Assembly (NCBI RefSeq): GCF_009914755.1
Contig: NC_060945.1
DNA from: the human T2T-CHM13v2.0 reference genome, Homo sapiens
Length of the DNA: 64,000 bases
Strand: one strand, 5' to 3'
Shown here: positions 27,615 through 49,703 of the stretch, piece by piece
How the letters are laid out: every line of letters starts with the position of its first letter
Numbering within the stretch: position 1 is the first letter of the stretch
The notes under the pieces: model-generated
Seen by the model: only the letters and a program-made list of their open reading frames with translations
Databases searched by the model: none
Told to the model about the DNA's origin: nothing
Program-made: the position numbers and the translations under genes

Positions 27615-27730
27615 GCAAACATCCTGTGTCTGCTTTGATGGAGATCTGTAATAAAAGAAGGTGGCAACCACCTGAATTTCTATTGGTCCATGATAGTGGC
27701 CCTGATCATCGCAAACATTTTCTCTTTAGG
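27615..27730 (+). CDS. SON: SON exon 11, first half of the dsRBD (GKHPVSALMEICNKRRW...)
   Basis: tgcag|GCAAAC and AGG|gtaaat; HPVSALxE is the dsRBD alpha1 motif. Confidence 0.95.
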
Positions 27731-28204
27731 GTAAATATGAATTTCTGCATTAATTATATATATTTATTAATGTGATGACTTAGAGGGTGAGGGGTAAACA
27801 TGATCACAGGATTAAGATTCTGTTCATGGGTGGGGGGTTTGTATTTGTAGTTAAGTGGTGGGGTTTTTAAACACTGAAGGGTGCTTTAATACGACTTGTC
27901 AATGTCCTATTTTTTAAAAAATTGGAAAAGGGTAAAATATAGTATACAATTGTTATTTTCTAGTTGAATGTGGGGAATTAATTTAATACTTTTGTCAGTC
28001 TTTTTCTCAATTTGGAGACCTGCTCTTAATTTGCAGTCCCTTTTCCCAAATGATTTGGTTCTTCTGGGTTGAGATTATAATTTGACTTACATAGTATGGG
28101 TTTTATATTTTTGTAAATTATTTTTCTAGCATTTAGTGAAAAAATACAAAGCTAATAGATATTAAAGTTTGATGCTGTTCTTATTGTATGTTTTTCTTGA
28201 ATAG

Positions 28205-28264
28205 GTATTGAGAAATGGAAGCCCTTACCAGCCCAATTGTATGTTTTTCTTGAATAGGTATTGA
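28205..28264 (+). CDS. SON: SON last exon via the proximal acceptor (VLRNGSPYQPNCMFFLNRY-stop)
   Basis: aatag|GTATTG; exon lengths add to the recalled 2426-aa reference, assuming 244 coding nt in exons 1-2 outside the window. Confidence 0.9.
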   Translation, partial: VLRNGSPYQPNCMFFLNRY

Positions 28265-28416
28265 TAAATGGAAGCGCTTACCAGCCCAGCTTTGCCAGCC
28301 CTAATAAGAAGCATGCTAAAGCCACAGCAGCTACTGTGGTTCTTCAAGCAATGGGCCTTGTACCAAAGGACCTCATGGCTAATGCCACTTGCTTCAGGAG
28401 TGCCTCACGTAGATAG
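28258..28416 (+). CDS. SON: SON last exon via the distal duplicated acceptor (VLINGSAYQPSFASPNKKHAKATAATVVLQAMG...SRR-stop)
   Basis: second identical aatag|GTATTG 53 nt downstream; 52 codons including a KKxAKxxAA dsRBD alpha2 helix. Confidence 0.8.
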   Translation, partial: VLINGSAYQPSFASPNKKHAKATAATVVLQAMGLVPKDLMANATCFRSASRR

Positions 28417-29316
28417 ATTGAGGTTTTATAATAATCATTTCAGAATTTTACTCTGCATCACAATGTATTTCCTCTTTAATGTTGTAAATATTTGGCAATT
28501 TAAGACATTGTGTAAAAAGCAATCTGTAAAAACATCTCCAGGCTTTGATTTTTGTACCATGGAAATTGTATTTAACCATACAGGGTTTTGGTATGTTTAT
28601 ATTGTTTACCTTAGTGATGTATTTGTTTAAGTGGCTAACATCCAAACGACTGTTTGAAGGCATCAGAGTAATCTTCAGTGTGGAATGTTAAATAACGCTT
28701 TTATACTGTATTTTGTACTATGATGTAACTCCCCTTCCTTATGGCTAGGCTACTGTAACACTTGCCTGTAATCAGTGAAGGGCTGTGCACCTTGTACTAT
28801 TTCACAATGGGTTCTGCTGGACAGATAATGGGCCAGTGTTATTGAGGTGATCAAGATCTGTTCCACAGGGCTAATGCCACCATCTCCCCTCAAAATTTTG
28901 TAGAGGTTCTAAAAAGAAAGTGGTATGTTGTGTGATGATCAGCACTAAGTCCTGCATTCCTGTTAAAGCCACTTGGGTCATAAGAAGGGAGTAAAAAATG
29001 AAGTCTGACTAGAATTCTATTGCAGAGGCCAAGTACATTTAGTATGGCATTGAGTTGTGATATAGTTTTACTTTGATGTGCATTTTGAATTTCAGCTACA
29101 CCTAGATAGACGTAAAATGATAATTAAAATGCTGTAACCAACTTATCTAATAAAATTGGCAACCAGCCACTATTTTGTTGACTATGAGAAAGTTAAAAGT
29201 TTATGTTAATTTTTAGGGTCTGATAGAATATTTCATGTGTATTACAGTGGTATTCATATGCTATGTCTCTAAACTTTATTTTCAAAAGCTTAAGGCCCAA
29301 ATACAAACTTCTCTGG

Positions 29317-29322
29317 AATAAA
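29317..29322 (+). terminator. SON distal poly(A) signal (another AATAAA at 29149)
   Basis: AATAAA followed by a GU/U-rich tract. Confidence 0.7.
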
Positions 29323-29444
29323 CGTGGTGTTTTATTTTCTGGGTTATAAAGTGAACAAATACTTAGATACTATTATTTCTTTACCCAATGCTTTTGATTT
29401 TTAAGCACTTTTATTTTAAAAATGTGAATTATACAGTCCCCCCC

Positions 29445-29445
<1 letters not shown>

Positions 29446-29494
<49 letters not shown>
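29446..29494. repeat. (CA)n microsatellite between the SON and DONSON 3' ends
   Basis: long ca dinucleotide run. Confidence 0.95.
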
Positions 29495-29497
<3 letters not shown>

Positions 29498-30099
29498 CTA
29501 TAAGCACATTAAATACTACTTTGCCGTGACAGCTCAGTGTACTTCACAATTCTTAACACTATTCTATGTGGAATACAAAATGCCTTTTTATCTGAATTAA
29601 CATGCATTTAAAAAGTTTTAGTATATGTGAAAATAAAGGAATTATAAATCAGTAGGAAAGATATTAAGGTAGAAGCATCACCAATCAACTAGCTCAGTAG
29701 ATGTTGTCTGTATTTATTTTCTACCTTTATGAAACAAGAACCTGCTAACAGGTAAATCGTAAAGTAACATATTTTTGCCCTGATGCCATTAGTCACAATG
29801 CCATGGGGTAACTGCTATGTGATTTCCCATTTGCAAGGAAGCATATTAATTCAGTTTCTGCTCAATATACAATTAGGTTGTAGGGATATAGATATCTCAT
29901 TTGAGTTATCTGAGTTTTTCATCTTTATATCTAAAAATCTAATCTGAAAATAGTAAAACACATTTAAAACCTTAGATGCTACTGTAGTAAAAGTTATGTT
30001 TATAAACATTTCAGTATATTCCTTCAACTTCAAGAATCTTGAATTTCCTTGCTAGAAGGCTTTTTTCCTCAAAGATTCCTTTTAGGCTTACTTTGGTGT

Positions 30100-30258
<159 letters not shown>

Positions 30259-30637
30259 TCAGTAAAAAGCACATTAGTCTTTAAACACAGAAGAGTTAAA
30301 TAATTACTATGGAGACTGACAAATAAATGGCTGATTAATGTGATTCATCCTATTAATAGAAGTTGATGCTAAGAATTTTTGTAGTGACAAAATCCCAAAA
30401 TATTAATGGTTATAAGTCTAGCCAACTGAGATGCATGAGACAATTTTAAAGGTCTTAATTCTAACTCTAAAAACCTTAAGTATGTTCAAAATTAAAGGCA
30501 AATATGGTTAAATACCCACAGTGAATTGTTTCCTTAAACTATAAAGGAATCAGGTACTATTGAGTTTTGGATGCAAGAGGAAATGAAAAAGCTGCCCCTT
30601 TTTGGAATGGGAAGTTCTTCAGTCACTGTTAAAACTA

Positions 30638-30942
<305 letters not shown>

Positions 30943-31126
30943 ATTGTACTTGGACTGAATTCATGAAAGCTACCTCACATAAACAACTTACAGACATTAT
31001 TCCTTCCTCTAGTAATTCATAATTAAGTAACAGTTTAATTACTTGAAACACAATAGTGACTCAGCATAAATGACTCAATTTCCCTCCAGCTAGTTTGAGG
31101 AAACTACAACTAAAACAGTCTGCTCA

Positions 31127-31423
<297 letters not shown>

Positions 31424-31682
31424 TCAATATATTTCCATTTGGGGTTTCCTCTCTTTTAACAATTATGGAATAAAACTATTTCCCAAGACATCTAAACAAT
31501 GTTATGTGAGTACAAATACTTAGTAAATTTTCAGCAACCTTTCCATATTAAGAGATTTTCAGGTGAAGTATATTCCAGAGAATACCATTTTTTCATATAG
31601 TATTTTATCTGATTTAGTAATACACTGTCAATGCAGACTATTGGAAAAACAAAAATTTAAAATCCATTCAATTTTATTGCTA

Positions 31683-32890
<1,208 letters not shown>

Positions 32891-33071
32891 GATTTCATAT
32901 AATTTATATATTTCCACATAATTTCTTTGATATAACTGTCTTATATAATTTTTGTTTCTTTTTTTAATGGGAGGAAAGCAAAATGAAAATATGTACCAAG
33001 TAAAAATGCTAGGAGGTTTTTTTTTAAATCAAGAATTTATCCTATCAAAGTAAAGTACTTCTTAAAAGCTA

Positions 33072-33857
<786 letters not shown>

Positions 33858-33903
33858 CTACAGTTAGAGTCCCTATTTCACAAGCTGTTCCTGTGCAAAT
33901 CTA

Positions 33904-34068
<165 letters not shown>

Positions 34069-34485
34069 TCATTTAAAGTATTTAACAGGCATGCTGTACT
34101 TTTAGAGTGTAAAAAATTTGAAATGTTAGTTTTTACAAATGATCTATTAAGGCAGTAGAGTTTTCAAGCTTTCTTCACAAACCTACAAACATGCATAAAA
34201 CGTATTCTCCTTGAAAGAGGTTCGGGAAACAACACATACATGTAACACTCTTTCATAAATCATATTGTATTCCAGTTCACTTTTTGAAAAAGTACTGATT
34301 GGGCCCATTAAGTAGATTTCATGATCCACTAATGGGTTTACTCAGTTTGAAAATTTTGTTATTAAAGGGGTAATTGGTACTATAGAAGAATTTCTAGAAG
34401 AGTATATTCAGATAGTGACTATCTGGCCCAATATGTGTTTTATTTTAGAGATCAGAGAACACTATGTGGAAGGAACAGTTTAAAT

Positions 34486-35112
<627 letters not shown>

Positions 35113-35258
35113 GATTAAATAATTGTGGGGGAGGGAAAAAAAGCCAGAAATAAAGAAATAATATATTTCTTAATGTTGCTAATCAACTGGTAAAAGGCAT
35201 TTTAAATTTAAATAGCTTTTAGGCCAAAATAGGTTTACTATATAGTATAGTATTCTCA

Positions 35259-35486
<228 letters not shown>

Positions 35487-35786
35487 TTATTAAACATTTA
35501 ATGCAATGTTTATAATTCTGAATAATTCAGTTTGATACCTGGTTTAAAACACAACACAAATATTTTAGATAATGGTTTTAATTTTTGTGGTTACGTATGA
35601 CTTAGCTTTAAAGGACTGAAATTGGTTATGAGGACTCGCTGATGACTTCTCAATACTTTAACAAATAGTGTATACCACTTAAACACTTATTTTTTCTTTA
35701 AACAAAACTTAATTGAGAATTGCCTGCTGACTTTCTCTGAGCTGCTGCTAAAAAAGGAAGCAGAGACTGACAAGAAGTAGCATTAA

Positions 35787-36134
<348 letters not shown>

Positions 36135-36377
36135 TGCCTGTCTGTATATATTTAACCAACACTTATATACATTCTACCACAATTGGGTAAAGAATGAGTA
36201 ACAGCTAAAAAAAAAAAAAGTAAACAGTTTATATGTTGGTTATTAATAGGTTCAGATAAAATTCACAAGGATCTAGATACCCTTCTGCCATTAACGTATC
36301 CAGTCACAAATATGATAGAGAATGCTGCTAAAATAAAATTCACTATTGAATTATACAAGTTTCTCTTACTAATCTTA

Positions 36378-36557
<180 letters not shown>

Positions 36558-37023
36558 CTAAAATCCAAAGGTGACAGTGGGCAGTTTTTGCCCATTGAGA
36601 AATAGAGAATTTTATTAAAGACAATCTTTACCAAACACTTAGGTCTAAGAATCTTTATTGCTTTCTATAGGAAAGCATTAATAATTGTTATAGGAACGAA
36701 AACATAGTTTATCCTTATTTGAGCCAGATGTAATGGTAAGCCGTAGTATCAGAACATTTAAACATAGATGGGAACATTTTCCTGTTTCTACCATCCTTAA
36801 GGACAATGACTACCTTTTTTATCATGAGGAATAGGGGTGGGCATGTGTGTGTAGGTAACACTACATCCAACCCTCTCTCCAAAAGGCTGTTTTAAAAGTA
36901 GCCAGTAAACACTGATACGGCAAATCACAAATCATCCTAATCTATTTATTGAAAAGATGTATAATATACCAAGACCTTTTTCAGGGTAATCCTTTTTAAC
37001 CTAGTTTGAGACTTTAAAAAAAT

Positions 37024-37301
37024 TTTTTTAAGATAGTCTCACTCTGTCACTGAGGCTAGAGTACAGTGGCACAATCAGAGCTCACTGCAGTCTTGACCTC
37101 CTGGGCTTAAACAATCCTCCTACCTGAGCCTCCCAAGTAGCTGGGACTACAGGCACCCACCACCATGCTCAGCTAATTTTTTTTTTTTTTTTTTTTTGTA
37201 GAGATGGGGTCTCACTACGTTACTCAGGCTGGTCTCAAGCAATCCCCCCACCTCAGCCCCCAAAATGCTGAGATTACAGGCATGGGCTATTGTGCCCAGC
37301 C
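37024..37301 (-). mobile_element. AluJ-type element
   Basis: diverged Alu reverse complement. Confidence 0.85.
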
Positions 37302-37754
37302 TCCTAGTTTTGAGTTGATGCTTTAAAATAATCAAAATGTATATCTCTAAAACCATTCTAGAACTCACAAACTCCACAAAATTCATAAAATTTTTCTTAT
37401 ACAGGTAAGAAAATCTGTAAATCCATCAGCCCTTGCAATCCCACCCAATTGCTTTTCACTTCTTTCTTTGTATTTTCTTTCTCAAAAAGCCTTAGAGAAA
37501 AATAATTTAACAATTCTTGCCTGCAACACTGATTAATTTGCAAGACAAGTCTCTAAATGTATGAGCAGTTACTCAATCTGACTTAAAAAAAAAAAAGGTA
37601 TGAAAGCACCATAAGCACCATCTGGGAAAGACAAAACTTCCTGTCTTTGTATCTTTAAATTTCCAAAGAAAAACTTAATGGAAGGCAGCATCTGCTATTT
37701 TGCAAAGGAGAGCATTTCACACTTAATTTGTTACTTTAACACATAACTATTTTA

Positions 37755-38006
<252 letters not shown>

Positions 38007-38423
38007 TCAAGAAAAAACCTTCAACCTAAAGATTTTATCAGCTAACATGATCACTGAAAAGTAAAAATCATATAAGCTGTATAATAAATAACATGAAAAA
38101 TACATTACACACTGTAAAAAAGTCTGAAAGGAGTCACACTAAACTTTTAACCATGGTTACCTATGGGAAGCGGGAATTTGTTGTTGGGGGTAGGGGTGGT
38201 GGAGGGGCAGATTTCACTTTTTAGTTTTTACAGTTCTTTATGGTAGTATAGATGTTTGTATTGAAGTAGAAATATTCCAAGTGTTAAAACATTTTGGATC
38301 TTTTAAGCTTCTGAAACTCTGCATCCAGGGCTAACAAAGCCCATATTTAAGAAACATTTCCTGACTTCAAATATTTCCCCTCAACCTGTCTGCTTCAGGT
38401 CGACGTTCTCCACAATACAAGAA

Positions 38424-38727
38424 TTTTTTTTTTTTTAAATTGAGACGGAGTCTCCCTCTGTCGCCTAGGCTGAGTGAAGTGGTGTGATCTCGGCTCAGTA
38501 CCAACCTCTGCCGCCTAGGATCAAGCGATTCTCGTGCCTCGTCCTCCCGAGTACCTGGGACTACAGGCGTGCCCCACCACGCCTGGCTAATTTTTTTGTA
38601 TTTTTAGTCGAGACGGGGGTTTCGTCATATTGGCCAGGCTGTTCGCGAACTCCTGACCTCAGGTGTGATCCGCCTGCTTCAGCCTCTCAAAGTGTTGGGA
38701 TTACAGACATGAGCCACTGTGCCCGGC
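38424..38727 (-). mobile_element. AluS-type element
   Basis: Alu reverse complement. Confidence 0.9.
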
Positions 38728-39289
38728 CAAGCATTCTTTTATATCACAATAAAATATCAGAGAAGGGGGAACTATCTTGGATAGACCATAAGAAGGTCAC
38801 TTATTTACAAGAGAAACTGGGTCTTGGAGAACTCTTCTAGCCTGTTCCCATTAGGACAAACCGCATTTATCAAACTACACAGCACAATGGTAGTAGTTGG
38901 GGAATGGAAACGTGTGTGTGTTAGGGGAGAGGAGCAACGAGGTTCAGTGCTATGCCACAACCTGTGGAGGTGGGCCAGGAGGGCTGGCTCTGAGTGATGA
39001 ACTGGAGAAGTCAACTGCCCAAAGAAGAGTGGTAAAAACTGTTAGAGAGTAAAAGAAAACCCCCACGTCTATCAGGCCTATTTTAGCGCTGGCTATCTTT
39101 ACAGTCATCATTACTGTATCAAACCAACTCCTTTACCTTGGCTGATGCGGTATTTTCATCCCTGGTTGAGATGATCAAGCCTCTCTGTAAAACTACTTTC
39201 CAAGCAAAATGCTTCTGAGAAGTATAAATGTATTTTTAAAAATAGGCTCAAATCCTATGAAAAAAAAGTTTATACAAATACACATTCTA

Positions 39290-39397
<108 letters not shown>

Positions 39398-39739
39398 TTA
39401 AATATATTCTCCTTTAAAATTTAAAGGATGCTGAAGTTTGCGTTAAATATGTACAGAGCCTCACCTGGCATACATGTTTCTCAATAAACGCAAGTACACC
39501 TAAATTCAGAGGCACCCCATCCAATCTATGAGTTTCAACACTTCAGTTTTGTGTCTGAACTTTAGTATCAAAATTGAGGGGAACAGGGACCGGCGTTTCA
39601 AACCGAAAGATCCAAAAGGCTTTGGGTAAGACAGATGCTAGTGAATTCTGACCCCACGAATCCTCGACATTCCCCCATCTCCAGAATAATTTGGAGTGCG
39701 TGAGAGAAGGGAGGCCCTAAATCACGGGGGAAGCAGGGC

Positions 39740-40860
<1,121 letters not shown>

Positions 40861-41496
40861 GCTGCTGCTTCCATAAACTTAAGAGAGGGCAGTGGCTACT
40901 GCTCTCAAGAGGCGAGGAGAGGGGACTAGGCCACCTTCCTCAACCCCCAGAGAACTCAGATAAGACGTCAGCACGCTTCCTATGCCAGCGCAGCCTACCG
41001 ACATCCCTCCCTTCCCCGTTCCCAGTGCCTGGTCATCTCAGACTTCCAGGCAGCTGCCACTGGCAAGTTAATGGGATCTTCTTTGATCCTGGGGAAAGCC
41101 GGAGTGAATGAATAGTTGAAAACACAAAATTTAAGTGCCTATGGGCTAAGTCTTTTAAGACTTCAAAATATACTCAAATGCTTAAATTATGACAGCAAAG
41201 ACTTAAGGAAGGTGTTGAGAACGGAGTTGATACAAAATTAATACGTTACTTTGATAGCTTAGCAAAGGCCTGCAACAGCTTTTATCAAGAGTAGTGTGAC
41301 TTTTGCTGAAAGCAGCAGTTTTCTTCATGGAAGGAATTTTATAGCAGGGGCAAAATATATAGAAACAATGAAAAGGTTTTTAGAAAAATTCCCTTAAGAT
41401 GTTAATTATAGAATTATCTTGATCATTTGCACAAGAATTTTTCAAACACTTTTCAAATGTGTCAACTGAGCATCTTGTCTTAGCAGAGAAACGTGC

Positions 41497-41610
41497 TTAA
41501 AAATGCAACTTGTTTTATCTTCCTTGGTTTTTCTCAACAATTTCCAAAGAAAATTCTGGCTTCAAATACTGGAATATGTTCATCCGACTGAGGTCTGAGA
41601 AAGAAGAAAA
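41497..41610 (-). pseudogene. Degenerate tandem copy of the CRYZL1 last exon, including its acceptor, in the 3'UTR
   Basis: ttctcag|acctcagtcggatgaacatattcc...aaccaaggaaga aligns to the true exon ttctcag|acctcagttggatgaacccattcc...aatcaaggaaga. Confidence 0.85.
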
Positions 41611-41745
<135 letters not shown>

Positions 41746-41818
41746 TTAAAGATAAGTAGAACAAACAGGGTGGTATATGACAAATGCTAGTGCTCAAATC
41801 TATTAGTGTATTAATTAA

Positions 41819-42541
<723 letters not shown>

Positions 42542-42750
42542 TAAACAAATATACCATGGTTTTCTCTCCTTCAAGCTATTGGTTACTTCAAGTTGCTTTG
42601 GGAGGGGTGATGAGGAAAAGCAAAGGGTGAGGTACACTACATAATGGAGTGAGGAAAACTCACAAGCCACTTCTATCTCTGCGAGTACCTACTGGTGTAC
42701 CACCAGATACACTTTGATAAATATTAAAGAGCAGCTATTTAAACGAAATA

Positions 42751-42830
42751 TAAGATCAGTGCAAAAGTAAATGCAGTTTTTGCCATTACTTTCAATGGCA
42801 AAAACCACAATTATGTTTGCACCAACCTAA
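42751..42830. mobile_element. MADE1 (mariner-derived palindromic MITE)
   Basis: 80-nt near-palindrome gtgcaaaagtaa..ttttgccatt / aatggcaaaaacc..ttgcaccaacctaa with TA flanks. Confidence 0.85.
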
Positions 42831-42950
42831 TAATAAAATATGGAGGCAACAGGTACATGGCGAGAGCTAAAACAAAAGTGGGACTGCCTGCCTTAGCTCC
42901 CTGAAAATAGAAAAACAAACAAGAACAATGATTTGGTTACTTTAGCGTAC

Positions 42951-42996
42951 CTGAAAACACCAGTTGATAACTTCTCCATCACATCCTTTAAGATAC
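42951..42996 (-). CDS. CRYZL1: CRYZL1 penultimate exon (CILKDVMEKLSTGVFR)
   Basis: AC acceptor, GT donor; 46 nt; keeps the frame. Confidence 0.9.
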
Positions 42997-43462
42997 GTAG
43001 CTGGAAGGATTGTTAAGGTGGCAATGTAAAGGAGAATTAAATAAAACCATTCAATAAGCAGAGGATGCCAGGCAGGCCACTTTCTCTTGTTTCAAGTTTT
43101 GCACTCTCAGAGACTCAACATGTTAAGTTAGAGAAATTCTGTAGGACGTCAAGTTTAGCTCTACAACAGGGAAATGATTTGAGAGTTGGTGGTGTAATAG
43201 AGCCTAAATTTCCAAGGACAAGTGACAAGAGCAGCAAGTCAAGCCTGGTGCTTATCCTAAGTGCTCACCACTATTATCTCAATGGATGCGAATGAAATAG
43301 TGTCTAGTTTTCATTTCTACACTACATATGGCATTTTTAGTTAAAAACAATTTTAGCACGTATATATCTTACTTTAGATGTACATTCGTTGACCAGGCTG
43401 GTTGGTTAATGGGCTCAAAATTTGTTTGCAGAAGCCAGTAAACTTTATGTGTGTATGATATA

Positions 43463-44292
43463 CAGTCATCCCTCACGCATCCATGAGGGATTGGTTCCAG
43501 GACCCCCATGAAGACCAAAATCTCCAGATACTCAAGTCCCTTATAGAAAATAGTGCAGCAGCTTGGGAAACAAGGCTCTCTACAAAAAAATTAAAAATTA
43601 GCCAGGCATGGTGGCATGTGCCTGTTGCCCCAGCTACTGGGGAGGCTGAGGCAGGAGGATCCCTTGAGCACATGGGTTTGAGGTTACAGTGAGCTGGAAT
43701 GAGCACTGCACTCCAGCCAGGGCAACAGAGCAATACCCTGTCTCAAAAGAAAAAAAAAAAGAAAGAAAAAAAAAATGGCCTAGTATTTGCATATAACCGA
43801 GGCACATCTCCATTATACATTAAGTCATCTCTATATTACTTATAATACCTAATGCAATGTAAATACTATGTAGATAGTGGTTATGCTATTTTTTTTGTTT
43901 TTTTTATTGTCGTATTATTACTTTTTCAGAGCTTTTTTTTTTTTTTTTTGAGACAGGGGCCCCCTCTGTGGCCCAGGCTAGAGTGCAGTGGCATGATCAT
44001 GGCTCACTGCAGCCTCAACCTCTCAGGCTCTAGTGATCCTCAGCCTCCCAAGTAGCTGGGACCACAGCAATTCACCGCCACACCAGGTTAATTTATTTTT
44101 ATTTTTGTATAGACAGGGTCTCCCTATGTTGCCCGGGCTGGTCTCAAACTCCTGAGATGAAGCCATCCTCCTGCCTCAGCCTCCCAAAGTGCTGGGATTA
44201 CAGGCATGAGCCACTGCCCCCAGCCTCCAAATATTTTTGATCCTTGATTGGTTGAATCCCTGGATGTGGAACCCTCAGATACAGGGGGCTGA
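43463..44292. mobile_element. MER2-like Tigger element interrupted by two oppositely oriented Alus (~43560-43775 plus, ~43934-44225 minus)
   Basis: cagtcatccctc..ggattggttccaggacccc start and gatacagggggctg end. Confidence 0.75.
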
Positions 44293-44557
44293 TCGTATGT
44301 CACTAAGAGAATCAGAAAATGATGTAAAAATCAAAGAAAAAATCTATCTTGCTAATTTAATTGAAATTATAATACTAAGATCAAGATTCTATGTAATTGC
44401 CCGTACTTCTGAATTATTTATGGCCCAGAATGACACAGTTGGAAGGAGATGTCTCTGTTAAATCACAAGCAGCAACTTAGCTTGTATGAACTGAATGAGG
44501 AGGGTTTGCACAAGTGAGGACTACTGTATGATTCAGGACTTTAGAAAATGCAAATTA

Positions 44558-45216
<659 letters not shown>

Positions 45217-45488
45217 CTAAAGAATATAAATTTACTAATTCACATCCCTGCAAGTTCCCTTCCTACTGCTGTTAATAAAATTCTTACCTGTGTGCAAAGC
45301 ATGTATTTCTGATTCTGGAAAATGTACAGTATTTCATATACACATGTCATGTTTCAACTTGGTCCAAGGATTTGTCAAATAGGTTAAAATTGCCTTCTCA
45401 TCGGGAGAGGTGGTTTGAGAGAATTAAGTTATATACTATAAGCAGAGCAGTCTAGTTTCCAACATGTAAGATTCAAAACTAATAGCTA

Positions 45489-46597
<1,109 letters not shown>

Positions 46598-47520
46598 TAC
46601 ATAACTACCTTAAAGCTCCGAATAAAGACTGTCATTGCTCCTGGAGGGAACTGGCCTTTATACATATCACACATATATGACTAGACACATTTAAGAAAAG
46701 TAACGTATGATATTCAGTAGAGAGAAGTGTAAGGCTATGTAAATCTTTCTTCAGACACACACATATGCTCTATCAAGTAATGATAACTTTTTTTTTATCC
46801 AATACATTAAAACTTTTACCAAGTGCTGCTGCCTCTAAGCCAGTCATTTTAGAAATAAAAGGAATTCTTAAGTTGACCCTACTCTAAAGAGGTTTGCACC
46901 TTTCTTTTTGAAATTGTTTGTATATTCCAAACTTTTTATTATTTTTACTCAACTGGAATGATTTGGCTTCAATCACACCAGACTTATCTCTGAATGACTT
47001 TTGTTTCAAAAAGTCAAACCTATCTTCATTTGATAAAGATTTCCTAGCATTGATATTTATAAAACACTCCACAAACTCTTTAATTTAGAAAAGTATTCTG
47101 AAATGTTTCTGTGCAATGGCACCATCATAGGAGTAAGTGTGCAACCTTTCAAGGTGATGTGTGCTTTCCTTAATGTGAGGTTAAAAACAAAATCTTCCAG
47201 GTATCTTAGGGCTCATCTCTGTTCAGAAAGGAGAGAGACTGCCTGAGTGTGATTCTTGCTCCGCCACTTGCTGCGTCCTTGAGTCTGTATCAACATCTCT
47301 GTGCTTCTGTTTCTTCACCTGTGAAATGGGGATGATAACAGTACTTACATCTCAAAAGGCTGTTTTAATGTTTAAATGAATACTTGCAAGGCACTTGGAA
47401 TACTGTTTGGAATACTTAAGGAAACTTAACTGCTATTATTATTTCCTATTATCGTAATGAAAGAACTTAGTACAGTACAAAGTTCAAGCCAGAAACTCAA
47501 TCAGTCGATAAAAAGGATAT

Positions 47521-47626
47521 AAAGATATTTTCCCTGTTGTACATTTGACAAATTCCAAACTTCATCATTCAGGAAAGCTAACGTTGCTCCCTTGAGGAAA
47601 AGGCAGTGGCTATCTGGAGGATCCAA
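47521..47626 (-). CDS. CRYZL1: CRYZL1 exon ([10 protein letters not shown]...QQGKYL)
   Basis: AG acceptor, AT (U12) donor; 106 nt. Confidence 0.93.
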
Positions 47627-48146
47627 CTTGGATAGAATGAAACAAAGACTAATCAATTATTGTGAGTTTAACAGCAGGATGACTGGTATCTCGAGTCAGA
47701 AAAACTTCTACACAAATTAAATGATGTCCAAATCACAAAAATATGCACATAAACTTTAATAACGTAAACGATAATATTTTCTATTTCATGGTCCAAAATG
47801 ATGAAACAGCGAGGTGATAAGTACATGGCAGATGCAAGGCCAATCTAGAATCCTGGTGGTGAAGTGGTAGGGGTGTGTGTGTGTCTTTTCTGGCCATCTT
47901 CATGAGGGTGTTGGAAAATCAGTGAAGATTGGTAGGTGAGAATTACGGTATTTGCATATCAGCCATCATGTAAATATGTAACTAGAATGCTGAAAAATAT
48001 AACCTTGAGAGATACATAAACATATATAGTAATTCCAATTTGAATAATTAGGAAATTGTGATAATTTTATATAGAAATATTTTGCTAAGTATATGTCAAC
48101 AATGTCACCGAGAAAAAATGCTATCTGAAATACTATTAAAAATTCA

Positions 48147-49703
<1,557 letters not shown>

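Noticed and set aside
41400-41490. Possible third copy of the CRYZL1 last exon (ctcagttg)
   Set aside because: Match too short to align beyond 8 nt
42751-42830. Hairpin resembling the miR-548 family
   Set aside because: Explained by a MADE1 copy with a decayed left arm; no evidence of processing
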